In this document: piece by piece, positions 8,693-17,657 of the stretch
How positions within the stretch are numbered: the first letter of the stretch is position 1
Layout of the letters: every line of letters starts with the position of its first letter
NCBI GenBank assembly: GCA_963813815.1
Contig: CAWFAD010000011.1
Location: 64,001-128,000 of the forward strand
Direction of reading: 5' to 3'
Length of the DNA stretch: 64,000 bases
DNA from: an uncultured bacterium
Lineage (GTDB): Bacteria; Krumholzibacteriota; Krumholzibacteriia; Krumholzibacteriales; Krumholzibacteriaceae
Position numbers and translations under genes: made by a program
The notes under the pieces: generated by a model
The model's database searches: none
What the model saw: only the letters and a program-made list of their open reading frames with translations
Told to the model about the DNA's origin: nothing

Positions 8693-10002
8693 TGGTTCGC
8701 CAGCAGAGGACCATCAGATCGGCGTTCGCCTACGAGGGGCTCGGGCTCCATACGGGCAAGCGCGTCAAGGTCGTTTTCAACCCCGCGCCCCCTTCCTCGG
8801 GAATCCGTTTCCGGCGGGTCGATCTCGACCCGCCCGTGGAGATCCCCGCGAACGTCGACCATATCCATGGCGGCGAGATCCGGCGCAACACGACGCTCGC
8901 GAAGGGGGACGTCTCGATTCATACGGTCGAGCATATCCTCGCCGCGGCTTCGGGTCTCCAGATCGACAACCTCGTCGTCGACATCGATTCCGACGAGCCG
9001 CCGGAGCCGCGCGACGGAAGCTGCGCTCCTTTCGTCGAGGCGTTCCAGAAGGCGGGGGTGGAGAATCAGGGCGTTCCCGTGAAGTGCCTGCGCATCAGAA
9101 CGCCCGTGAGCTATTGCGAGGACGGTATCGAGCTCCACGCGCTGCCGTACGACGGCTTCAAGGTGAGCTTCACGATCGAGTACGCCAACCGGCACATCGG
9201 CATCCAGTACGCCTCGTTCGACGTCGCCCCCGATCTCTTCGTCAAGCAGATCGCCCCCGCGCGGACCTTCGTGCTCTGGTCCGACGTCGAGATGCTGCGG
9301 GCGCAGGGGCTCATCAAGGGAGGCAGCCTCGACAACGCGATCGCGGTCGACGACAAGGGGATCGTTAACGACGTGCCGCTGCGGTTCGAGAACGAGTTCG
9401 TCCGGCACAAGATTCTCGATCTGCTCGGGGATCTCACGCTCGTCGGCGCGCCGATCGAGGGGCACATCATCTCGGTGCGGTCGGGACACCAGTACAACCT
9501 CAAGTTCGCGCGGCTGCTCGCGCAGGAGCTGCGGAACCAGGAGCGGAACGCGGCGATGTCGGCGCGGGGCTTCTGGGACATCAACGTCATTCAGAGGATC
9601 ATGCCGCACCGCTACCCATTTCTCCTCGTGGACCGCATCCTTTCCCTCGAGGATAAAAAGCGCGTCGTTGGAATCAAGAACGTCACGGTGAACGAGCCGT
9701 TCTTCGTCGGGCACTTCCCCGGCCATCCCATCATGCCCGCCGTGCTCATCATCGAGGCGATGGCGCAGGTGGGGGGCATACTCCTCCTCACGAACGTCGA
9801 CAGACCCGAGAAGTACCTCGTCTATTTCATCGGCATCGACAAGGCGAAGTTCCGCAAGCCGGTCGTGCCGGGCGACCAGATCCGCTTCGAGCTCGAGATG
9901 ATCTCGCTTCGCAAACGCTTCTGCAAAATGAGGGGCGTCGCCACGGTCGACGGCGACGTCGTGGCCGAGGCGGAGCTCCTCTCCTCGATCGTCGATCGCT
10001 GA
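8692..10002 (+). CDS. lpxC/fabZ: Bifunctional LpxC deacetylase / FabZ dehydratase fusion
   Basis: LpxC part: GLGLHTG, TVEHILAA, HKILDLLGDL, SGH. FabZ part: PHRYPFLLVD, NEPFFVGHFPGHPIMPAVLIIEAMAQ. Confidence 0.96.
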   Translation: MVRQQRTIRSAFAYEGLGLHTGKRVKVVFNPAPPSSGIRFRRVDLDPPVEIPANVDHIHGGEIRRNTTLAKGDVSIHTVEHILAAASGLQIDNLVVDIDSDEPPEPRDGSCAPFVEAFQKAGVENQGVPVKCLRIRTPVSYCEDGIELHALPYDGFKVSFTIEYANRHIGIQYASFDVAPDLFVKQIAPARTFVLWSDVEMLRAQGLIKGGSLDNAIAVDDKGIVNDVPLRFENEFVRHKILDLLGDLTLVGAPIEGHIISVRSGHQYNLKFARLLAQELRNQERNAAMSARGFWDINVIQRIMPHRYPFLLVDRILSLEDKKRVVGIKNVTVNEPFFVGHFPGHPIMPAVLIIEAMAQVGGILLLTNVDRPEKYLVYFIGIDKAKFRKPVVPGDQIRFELEMISLRKRFCKMRGVATVDGDVVAEAELLSSIVDR

Positions 10003-10012
10003 CGGAGGCGGC

Positions 10013-10789
10013 ATGGCGGTCGATATACATCCCACCGCGATCGTCCATCCGGGCGCCGAGCTCGGCGAGAACGTGTCGGTCGGTCCCTTCTCGATCGTCG
10101 GCCCGCGGGTCCGCGTGGGCGACGGAACGACGATTCACAGCTCCGTTCTCATAGAGGGAGAGACAATGATCGGCGCCGGCAACACGATCTTTCACGGCGC
10201 CGTGCTCGGGAGCGTCTGTCAGGATCTCAAGTTCAAGGGCGAGCGCACCTTCGTCCGCATCGGCGACCGGAACACGATCCGCGAGTACGTCACGGTGCAC
10301 AGCGCGGCGGGCGAGGGGGAGAGCACGGTCGTCGGCGACGGTTGCCTCATCATGGCCTACGTCCACATCGCGCACAACTGCGTCGTGGGGAGCAGCGTGA
10401 TTCTCGCGAACGCCGTGAACCTGGCGGGGCACGTGCGGGTTCACGATTTCGCGAGCATCGGAGGCGTGACCCCCGTGCACCAGTTCGTGCGGATCGGCGA
10501 ATATTCGTTCGTCGGCGGCGGGAGCAGAATACCGCAGGACGTGCCGCCCTACCTCAAGGTGGCCGGCAACCCGGCGCAGCCGGCGGGACTCAACTCGGTC
10601 GGCCTGCGGCGCCGGGGATTCACGCTCGAGCAGCGCTCCCTGCTGAAAAAGGCGTACGCGGTCTTCTACCGGAGCGGGCTGAACGTATCGCAGGCCCTCG
10701 AGCGCATCGAGGCGGATCTGCCTCCGACGGAAGAGATCAAGCGATTCGTCGAGTTCATACGCGGCTCCGAGCGGGGCATCATCAGGTAA
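10013..10789 (+). CDS. lpxA: UDP-GlcNAc acyltransferase LpxA
   Basis: IHPTAIV, QDLKF, IREYVT, HIAHNC, LAGHV, VHQFVRIG, NSVGLRRRGF. Confidence 0.96.
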   Translation: MAVDIHPTAIVHPGAELGENVSVGPFSIVGPRVRVGDGTTIHSSVLIEGETMIGAGNTIFHGAVLGSVCQDLKFKGERTFVRIGDRNTIREYVTVHSAAGEGESTVVGDGCLIMAYVHIAHNCVVGSSVILANAVNLAGHVRVHDFASIGGVTPVHQFVRIGEYSFVGGGSRIPQDVPPYLKVAGNPAQPAGLNSVGLRRRGFTLEQRSLLKKAYAVFYRSGLNVSQALERIEADLPPTEEIKRFVEFIRGSERGIIR

Positions 10790-10817
10790 CAATTCGCTCC
10801 ATCGCCGGGGAGGTTCC

Positions 10818-11795
10818 ATGAACACGGCCCGCACAGTGAGGGCAGGGGTGATCGGAACGGGAGCGCTCGGGGCTCACCACGCGCGTGTCTACTCGTCCCT
10901 CGACCGCGTCGCATCGCTGGCTCTGTACGATCGCGACGGCGCGCGCGCCGAGGCGGTCGCCCGCGAGCGGGGCGGACGGGTCTGCCGGACGATCGAAGAG
11001 CTCCTCGAGGCCTCCGACGTGGTGAGCGTCTGCACGCCGGCGACGCACCACCACGAGGCCGTCAGAGCGGCCTTCGCGGGCGGGGCCCACGTTCTCGTCG
11101 AAAAGCCGATCGCCTCGACCGTCGCCGAGGCGCGCGACCTCGTGGCGCTCGGACGCGGGCGGGGGCTCGTGTTTCAAGTCGGGCACATCGAGCGCTTCAA
11201 CGGCGCCTTCGAGGCCCTCCGGTCGATCGTCCGGAGGCCGCGCTTCATCGAGGCCCACCGGCTCGCCGCCTTTACGCCGCGCGGCATCGACGTGTCGGTC
11301 GTTCAGGATCTCATGATTCACGATATCGACCTCATTCTCTCGCTCCTCGGAGGCGACCGGCTCGTGGATCTCCGGGCATCGGGCGCCGGCGTGCTCACGA
11401 GCGCTTCGGACATCGTCAACGCGCGTCTCGAGTTCGCGGGCGGCTGCACGGCCAACGTGACGGCGAGCCGCATCTCGCGGGAGCCGATGCGCAAGATTCG
11501 GGTTTTCGAGGAGCACCGCTACGTTTCCGTCGATCTGCGGGAAAAAACGGTCGAGGCGTACGAGCTCTCCGGATCGTTCGTCCCGGGATCGGCGCCGGTC
11601 GATCCGATGAGCCTCATCCGGCCGGTCCGGGTGGACGTCGACACGACTGAACCGCTCCGCAAGGAGATCGAGGCGTTTCTCGCCGCCGTCGCGGACCGCG
11701 CGGAGCCTCCCGTGACGGGGGAGGCGGGGCTCGCGGCGCTCGATGTGGCCGAGCGGATCCTCGCGAGCGTGGAGGAGAACCGGAGCCGGCAGTGA
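10818..11795 (+). CDS. Gfo/Idh/MocA NAD-dependent oxidoreductase (GnnA-like)
   Basis: GTGALG, VEKPIA, VGHIERFN, DLMIHDID, TASRIS. Located between lpxA and lpxB. Confidence 0.85.
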   Translation: MNTARTVRAGVIGTGALGAHHARVYSSLDRVASLALYDRDGARAEAVARERGGRVCRTIEELLEASDVVSVCTPATHHHEAVRAAFAGGAHVLVEKPIASTVAEARDLVALGRGRGLVFQVGHIERFNGAFEALRSIVRRPRFIEAHRLAAFTPRGIDVSVVQDLMIHDIDLILSLLGGDRLVDLRASGAGVLTSASDIVNARLEFAGGCTANVTASRISREPMRKIRVFEEHRYVSVDLREKTVEAYELSGSFVPGSAPVDPMSLIRPVRVDVDTTEPLRKEIEAFLAAVADRAEPPVTGEAGLAALDVAERILASVEENRSRQ

Positions 11796-12961
11796 CCACC
11801 GTACTTCTTACCTGCGGGGAGACGAGCGGCGAGCAGCACGCCTCGCGGCTCTGTCGCGAGCTCCGGCGGCGCGATCCGGGATGCCGCGTGCTCGCCCTCG
11901 GCGGCGCGGATCTCGCGGCGGCCGGCGCGGAGATTCTCCATCCCCTCGAGAAATACGCGGTCATGGGGTTCGGCGAGGTGCTCGCCAAGCTCCCTTCCTT
12001 CGCGGCCCTCGAGCGCTCGCTCGCGCGGCGCCTCGCGGGGGGAGACATCGATCTTTTCGTTCCCGTCGATTATCCGGGGCTCAACTTGCGACTCTGTCGC
12101 GCGGCGCGTCGCGTCGGCGTCCCCGTTCTCTACTACATCAGCCCGCAGGTATGGGCGTGGGGGGGGTGGCGGGTGCGGGGAATGAGGCGATCGGTAGACC
12201 TCATGGCGGTCATCCTGCCGTTCGAGGAAGAGCTCTATCGACGCGCCGGCATTCCCGTCGTATTCGCGGGGCATCCGATGCTCGATGAGACGGGCGCTGC
12301 GGCGGTCAAGAGCGCTCCCGAGGATTCGGCGGCTCCCTTCACGGTCATGCTCTTTCCCGGCAGCCGCCGGCAGGAGTTCCGGCGGATGTACCCGGTGCTC
12401 GTCGAGACGGCGAGGATCCTCCACGAGCGATTCCCCGCGGCTCGCTTTCGCGCGGGCCTCGCTCCGTTTATTTCCGAAGAGGAGGCGCCGGTCGCGGCTG
12501 ACATGAGGGATTACCTCGGGGTTACGAGGGACGGCGTGGCCGAGCTCGAGCGTTCCGCGCTCGCCCTAGCGGTTTCCGGCACCATAACGCTGCAGGTGGC
12601 CCTCACGGGGACTCCGATGGTCGTGTGCTACCGGACGTCGCCGCTCAATTACCGCCTCGGCAGGCTCCTCGTCCGGGTGCCGTGGATCGCGATGCCGAAC
12701 GTTCTCGCGGGGCGTCCCCTCGTGCCGGAGTTCATACAGGGGGAGGCCGCGCCGCGACGGATCGCCGAGGCGGCCGCGGCGATCCTCGCTGATCGCGGGC
12801 GATACCGGGGGATTTCGGGCGATCTCCTCGATCTGCGGGCGCGGCTCCGCGGACCGGGGGGGGTCGAACGGATCGCGGCGATCGCTCTCCGCATGGCGTC
12901 GGGAGAGGCGGCGGAATCGGCCGTCCGTGAAACGGCCGGCGCGGGATGGTGCGGAGAATGA
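11792..12961 (+). CDS. lpxB: Lipid-A-disaccharide synthase LpxB
   Basis: GETSGE, DYPGLN, YYISPQVWAW, ILPFE, GHP, PGSR, SGT, MPN, EFIQ. Confidence 0.95.
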   Translation: MTTVLLTCGETSGEQHASRLCRELRRRDPGCRVLALGGADLAAAGAEILHPLEKYAVMGFGEVLAKLPSFAALERSLARRLAGGDIDLFVPVDYPGLNLRLCRAARRVGVPVLYYISPQVWAWGGWRVRGMRRSVDLMAVILPFEEELYRRAGIPVVFAGHPMLDETGAAAVKSAPEDSAAPFTVMLFPGSRRQEFRRMYPVLVETARILHERFPAARFRAGLAPFISEEEAPVAADMRDYLGVTRDGVAELERSALALAVSGTITLQVALTGTPMVVCYRTSPLNYRLGRLLVRVPWIAMPNVLAGRPLVPEFIQGEAAPRRIAEAAAAILADRGRYRGISGDLLDLRARLRGPGGVERIAAIALRMASGEAAESAVRETAGAGWCGE

Positions 12962-13641
12962 AGGTGCGTCTGCATTCGGGGCTCGCGAGCAGGCTCGGAG
13001 CCCTCTTCATCCGCGTTCTCGGCGCCACCTGGCGCGTCGAGTGGCGGGGCGGTGAGCGTCTCGATCTGGCCCGGCGGATGTCGCCGCGGATCGTGTTCGC
13101 GTTCTTCCACGGGCGAATGCTCGTGCTGAGCTACACGCATCGCGGACGGAACATACAGGTGCTCGCCTCGCACCACTACGACGGAGATCTCATGGGGCGC
13201 GTGATCGCGCACCTCGGTTTCGGTCACCGCAAGGGTTCGACCACGCGGGGAGGCGCGGCGGCCCTTCGCGATCTCGCCGGCGCGCTGCGCGGCGGCTGCG
13301 ACGTCGGTCTCACGATCGACGGGCCGCGGGGACCGCGCGGCGCGGTTCAGCAGGGCGCCGTGGAGATCGCGAGACTCGGAGGAAGCGCCGTGATAGCCGT
13401 CTGCGATTCGGCCCGGCCGCGGCGGCTCATGAAAACGTGGGATCGCCTGCAAATTCCTTTTCCGTTCGCGAAAGTCGTGGTCGCATACGGCGAGCCTTTC
13501 CTGGTGCCCTCTGGGGCGGGGAAGGCCGGGCGGGAGGAGCTCCGCGCTCGCCTCGAGCGCGAGCTCCGCGATCTCAGCTCCTCGCTCGACCGGGAACTCG
13601 GCTATCGAGGAGCGGACGTGTGGCCCCATGAGAATAGTTGA
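12958..13641 (+). CDS. DUF374 lysophospholipid acyltransferase-family protein (LpxJ-like)
   Basis: FAFFHG, SHHYDGD, KGSTTRGG, TIDGPRGP, TWDRLQIPFPF. ATGA overlap with lpxB. Confidence 0.85.
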   Translation: MKVRLHSGLASRLGALFIRVLGATWRVEWRGGERLDLARRMSPRIVFAFFHGRMLVLSYTHRGRNIQVLASHHYDGDLMGRVIAHLGFGHRKGSTTRGGAAALRDLAGALRGGCDVGLTIDGPRGPRGAVQQGAVEIARLGGSAVIAVCDSARPRRLMKTWDRLQIPFPFAKVVVAYGEPFLVPSGAGKAGREELRARLERELRDLSSSLDRELGYRGADVWPHENS

Positions 13642-14707
13642 AAAGTATCCCCTGAAACTGTTGTTCGCGCGTGGAGAGGGCGCATGGCGCCTGTTCCTTC
13701 CCGTGCGGCTCGCGCTCGCCGGCCTCTATGGAGCGGGGAGCGCCGCCGCGCGCCTCGGCGCGTCGGCATCGAACCCGCGCCCCATTTCCCGGCTCGTGGC
13801 CGGGAGACGGCCGTTCGTCGTATCCGTCGGAAATCTGGTGGCGGGAGGCGGCGGCAAGACGCCGTGCGTCGCGGCGCTCGCAAAGGCGATCCGGGACCGG
13901 GGCGGCGTCCCGGCCGTCGTGACGAGGGGGTACGGAGGCGCTTACGAGGGGCGGGGCGCCTGCGTGGCGAGCGGCGGCTCGGACGCTGACCTCGCCCGGC
14001 GCTTCGGGGACGAGGCGGCGATCTACCGCTCGAGGGGTATCCCCGTCGTGACGGACGCGAGGAGGAGGCGCGGCGCCGAGCTCGCGGCGGATCTGTTCGC
14101 CCCGACGCACATCATTCTCGATGACGCCTTCCAGAACCGGTCCCTCGCCAAGGACCTCGATATACTCCTTCTCGACGCGTCGCGCCCCTTCGACGGAGGA
14201 TTGCTTCTTCCCGCCGGAGAGCTGAGAGAGCCTCCGAGCGCCGCGCGCCGGGCGGACGCCGTGATATTCACGCGCTCGAGGGAGGAACGGGTTCCGTCCG
14301 AGGCTGAACGAATCGTCGCCGGCAAACCCGTCTTCTTCGCCCGCCACGAGCCGGCCCGCCTGATCCGGCGAGGCGGCGGCGGGGAGCCTCTTTCGATCGT
14401 TTCGGGGAGGGAGGTTGTGCTCTTTTCCGGCATCGCCAACCCGGGCTCATTCGAGGGGACGGTCGAGGGGCTCGGCGCCATTGCGCGCGTTTCCTTCCGC
14501 TACGAGGATCATCGCCGCTATAGCGCACGGGACGCGGAAGAGATCATGGAGGCCGCGGGAGGGGCGGCGCTCATCGTCACCACGGAAAAGGATTTCGTCA
14601 AGGCCGCGGAGATCTTTCCACCCGACGCGCCGCTCCTCGCGCTCGCGATCGAGATGAACATACCGGGCATCGAGCGGCTCGTCGCCCTCCTCGGCCTCGA
14701 AGGATGA
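13628..14707 (+). CDS. lpxK: Tetraacyldisaccharide 4'-kinase LpxK
   Basis: SVGNLVAGGGGKTP, TRGYG, GDE, LDDAFQ, LPAGELREP, SGIANP, DH, TTEKD. Confidence 0.95.
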   Translation: MRIVEKYPLKLLFARGEGAWRLFLPVRLALAGLYGAGSAAARLGASASNPRPISRLVAGRRPFVVSVGNLVAGGGGKTPCVAALAKAIRDRGGVPAVVTRGYGGAYEGRGACVASGGSDADLARRFGDEAAIYRSRGIPVVTDARRRRGAELAADLFAPTHIILDDAFQNRSLAKDLDILLLDASRPFDGGLLLPAGELREPPSAARRADAVIFTRSREERVPSEAERIVAGKPVFFARHEPARLIRRGGGGEPLSIVSGREVVLFSGIANPGSFEGTVEGLGAIARVSFRYEDHRRYSARDAEEIMEAAGGAALIVTTEKDFVKAAEIFPPDAPLLALAIEMNIPGIERLVALLGLEG

Positions 14708-14743
14708 GAATAGCGGGGAGCCCCGCTCGGGGTCCCCTCGGGC

Positions 14744-14784
14744 AAAAGAAGCGGGGAGCTCTTTTATGAGCTCCCCGCTCTTCT
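14744..14784. terminator. Probable bidirectional intrinsic terminator between convergent genes
   Basis: Perfect 11-bp stem GCGGGGAGCTC (14751-14761) / GAGCTCCCCGC (14768-14778), flanked by AAAAGAA and TCTTCT. A related short hairpin GCGGGG-AG-CCCCGC lies at 14713-14726. Confidence 0.7.
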
Positions 14785-14813
14785 ATCGCAAATCGAATCG
14801 GTTACCCTGAGAG

Positions 14814-15422
14814 CTATTGCTGGCTCTTCGTGGTGAGCGGATCGGCGAAGTTCACCGTGAGGCCCGCCGAGAAGCTGACCTCGCGGTCCGTCTGAACCTC
14901 GTGGCCGCGGAACGTTATGTTCACGACCGACATGTACTCGATGGACGTGTACATGATGCTGAGGAGCGGATCGACGTTCTTCGCCCCGAATGGCACGAGG
15001 AGAATCGATCCGGTCACGAGCTCGCCCGCCGGCACGAGAATGGCCGTCTGGCCGGAGAACGGCTGGACGGGTATGGGGGCAGTGCCGTAAGGCGTGAAGG
15101 TGACGTCGTAGTCGGTCACGAGGAAATCGCCGAGGGCGCTCACGTCCGGATCGACGACGCTGTTATACGGCTTGTTGTAGAACGTGACGGAGAGGTAATC
15201 CTCGGTGATGTAGTCGTCGTCGGTTTTGTAGGTCGAGCCGTCCCGCTCGTACAGCGAGTCGCCCTGATTGAGAACGTCGCAGAGATAGGGCTCGCCTTCG
15301 TTCATGCTGGCGACGTAGACGACCGTTCGCTGATCGTAGTTCGTTTCGTCGGTGCAGCTCAGGAAGAGCGCCGCCAGGATCAACGCGGAGACGGACGCGA
15401 TGAGATGGATCCGCTTAAACAT
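14814..15422 (-). CDS. Hypothetical lipoprotein (beta-rich)
   Basis: Lipobox LFLS-C after a hydrophobic stretch, GGAGGAGG RBS, normal codon usage. Confidence 0.8.
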   Translation of the reverse strand: MFKRIHLIASVSALILAALFLSCTDETNYDQRTVVYVASMNEGEPYLCDVLNQGDSLYERDGSTYKTDDDYITEDYLSVTFYNKPYNSVVDPDVSALGDFLVTDYDVTFTPYGTAPIPVQPFSGQTAILVPAGELVTGSILLVPFGAKNVDPLLSIMYTSIEYMSVVNITFRGHEVQTDREVSFSAGLTVNFADPLTTKSQQ

Positions 15423-15476
15423 CGGGTAACCTCCTCCAATGTAACTGGCATCTCAGGCTAGTCAAGCCGAACCCTC

Positions 15477-15492
15477 GCAATGATTGTGCCAA
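15477..15492 (-). promoter_or_regulatory. Sigma54 -24/-12 promoter of the lipoprotein gene
   Basis: Minus strand reads TTGGCACAATCATTGC (GG-N10-GC), 55 bp upstream of the ATG. Confidence 0.65.
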
Positions 15493-15604
15493 GACCCCCG
15501 GCGGCGGTCGAAGCGTATCTTGTTTGCTATGAACACGATAGGGCCTGGAGCTGGGCTGGAGGCGCTGCTGAGGGGCCGCAACGTGCATATTGCATTTGTT
15601 TCTG

Positions 15605-15633
15605 TTGCGGAGGGGCGAATGGTTTTCTATCAT
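15605..15633 (+). promoter_or_regulatory. Sigma70-like promoter of nadB
   Basis: TTGCGG-17 bp-TATCAT. Confidence 0.45.
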
Positions 15634-15658
15634 AGTCCATCCCGTCGGAGGAATATCG

Positions 15659-17248
15659 ATGGAAACGGTTCGATGCGACATTCTCGTGCTCGGCAGCGGC
15701 GCCGCGGGGCTTTATTTCGCCCTCAAGGCGGCCCGCTTCGCCGACGTCCTCGTCGTGACGAAACGCGAGCTGCGCGAGAGCAACACCTATTACGCGCAGG
15801 GCGGGATCGCGTCGGTGACGCACAAGGACGATTCCTTCGAGCGCCACATCACCGATACCCTCGAGGCGGGAGCGGGGCTCTGCCACCGCGAGGCCGTGGA
15901 GATCGTCGTGCACGAGGGACCCGCGCGGGTGCGGGAGCTCGCCGACCTCGGCGTCCGCTTCAGCAGGACGGAAAACGGCGACGATCTCGCCCTCGGGCGC
16001 GAGGGAGGGCATTCGGCGGCGCGCATCGTCCACTACCGCGACGTGATCGGCCGCGAGCTCGAGACGGCGCTGCTTGCCGCGGTGCGGGCCAACCCGCGTA
16101 TCGCCGTCCGGGAGGATTGCCTCGCCATCGATCTCATCGGCGGCGCGGACGAGGGAGCCGTCTCGGGTTGCTACGCGCTCGACCGCCGTTCGAAGACGAT
16201 CCTCGCGATCGTTGCGCCGCATACCGTCCTCGCGACGGGGGGCGCCGGAAAGATATATCTCTATACCTCGAATCCCGACGTCGCCACGGGTGACGGCATG
16301 GCGATGGCGTACCGGGCGGGGGCTTCGCTCGCCAATCTCGAGTTCGTTCAGTTCCATCCGACCTGCCTCTATCACCCCGAGGCCAAGTCGTTCCTCATCT
16401 CCGAGACGCTTCGCGGCGAGGGAGCGAAGCTCCGGAATCTCGCCGGCGAGGAGTTCGCGAGCCGGTACGATCCGCGGGGCGAGCTGGCGCCGCGGGACGT
16501 CGTAGCGCGGGCGATGGACCGCGAGATGAAGCGGAGCGGAGACAAATACCTGCTCCTCGACATCACGCACCGGCCGGCGCAGTGGCTGCGCAAGCGTTTT
16601 CCGAACGTGTACGAGAATTGCCTGAAGTTCGGCATCGACATCGCCGTTCAGGCGATACCCGTCGTGCCGGCGGCGCACTACATGTGCGGGGGCGTACGGG
16701 TGGACATGAACGGGCAAACGGATCTCGACGGGCTCATGGCCGTCGGCGAGGTCGCCTGCTCCGGCGTGCACGGCGCGAACAGGCTCGCGAGCAACTCGCT
16801 CCTCGAGGCGCTCGTGCTCGCCTCCCGCGCCGCCGGGAAGCTCGAGCGCAATGCTGGCCGAGGCACGGCGACGCGCGAGGGAAAACTCGCGCTTCCGGGC
16901 GTACGGGATCCCAAGGTGCTCGAAACGGTTATCCTCGATCACGACTGGGATCTAACCCGGCGCGTGATGTGGGACTACGTCGGCATCGTGCGATCGCGGG
17001 AGCGCCTCGGGATCGCGCGGGAGCGCATCGGGCAGATACTGGAGACGGCGGAGCGGATCTGGAGCGAGTACGGCGTCTCGGCCGACCTCGTGGAGCTGCG
17101 CAACATCGCGCTCGTGTCGAGCCTCGTCGTCGAATCGGCGATCCTGCGCACGGAGTCCCGCGGCCTGCATTACGTCGTCGAATATCCGGATCCCGATCCG
17201 GCGTGGGAGCGAGACACCGTCATACGGCGCGGCGCGAAGGGCGAGTGA
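15659..17248 (+). CDS. nadB: L-aspartate oxidase NadB
   Basis: GSGAAG, SNTYYAQGGIA, REGGHS, QFHPT, LISETLRGEG, ELAPRDVVAR, AAHYMCGG, HGANRLASNSLLE, ESRGLHY. Confidence 0.96.
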   Translation: METVRCDILVLGSGAAGLYFALKAARFADVLVVTKRELRESNTYYAQGGIASVTHKDDSFERHITDTLEAGAGLCHREAVEIVVHEGPARVRELADLGVRFSRTENGDDLALGREGGHSAARIVHYRDVIGRELETALLAAVRANPRIAVREDCLAIDLIGGADEGAVSGCYALDRRSKTILAIVAPHTVLATGGAGKIYLYTSNPDVATGDGMAMAYRAGASLANLEFVQFHPTCLYHPEAKSFLISETLRGEGAKLRNLAGEEFASRYDPRGELAPRDVVARAMDREMKRSGDKYLLLDITHRPAQWLRKRFPNVYENCLKFGIDIAVQAIPVVPAAHYMCGGVRVDMNGQTDLDGLMAVGEVACSGVHGANRLASNSLLEALVLASRAAGKLERNAGRGTATREGKLALPGVRDPKVLETVILDHDWDLTRRVMWDYVGIVRSRERLGIARERIGQILETAERIWSEYGVSADLVELRNIALVSSLVVESAILRTESRGLHYVVEYPDPDPAWERDTVIRRGAKGE

Positions 17249-17255
17249 GGGACGT

Positions 17256-17639
17256 ATGGATCCGATCGAGGAGAATTCCGGACGGACGCGCGATCGCGGC
17301 GGGAGGAGGCCCGGGATCGATCTCGGCGGCTATAACTCCGACGCGTACGCGTTCGTGCTGGAGGCGGTGGCCTACACGCTCGGGCGGATGGGCGAGCAGC
17401 GCCACATCACGGGGCGCGAGCTCTGCGAGGGGGCGCACCGGCTCGCCGTAGAGCGCTTCGGGCCGATGGCGAAGGAAGTGCTCAATTTCTGGGGCGTGCG
17501 TTCGACCTCGGACATCGGGTCCATCGTATTCCGGCTCGTCGAGTCGGGCGAGCTCTCGACGACCGAGGGGGACAGCATCGACGATTTTCTCGACGTGTTC
17601 GATTTCAACGAGGCGTTCGAGCGGGACTACTTCGCCTGA
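17256..17639 (+). CDS. Small conserved protein resembling the Minf_1886 (TIGR04138) family
   Basis: AYAFVLEA, RHITGREL, FGPMAKEVLNFWGV, DIGSIVFRLVE, DSIDDF; recognised by eye. Confidence 0.75.
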   Translation: MDPIEENSGRTRDRGGRRPGIDLGGYNSDAYAFVLEAVAYTLGRMGEQRHITGRELCEGAHRLAVERFGPMAKEVLNFWGVRSTSDIGSIVFRLVESGELSTTEGDSIDDFLDVFDFNEAFERDYFA

Positions 17640-17657
17640 CGCCGCCGGCGGCCCGCC

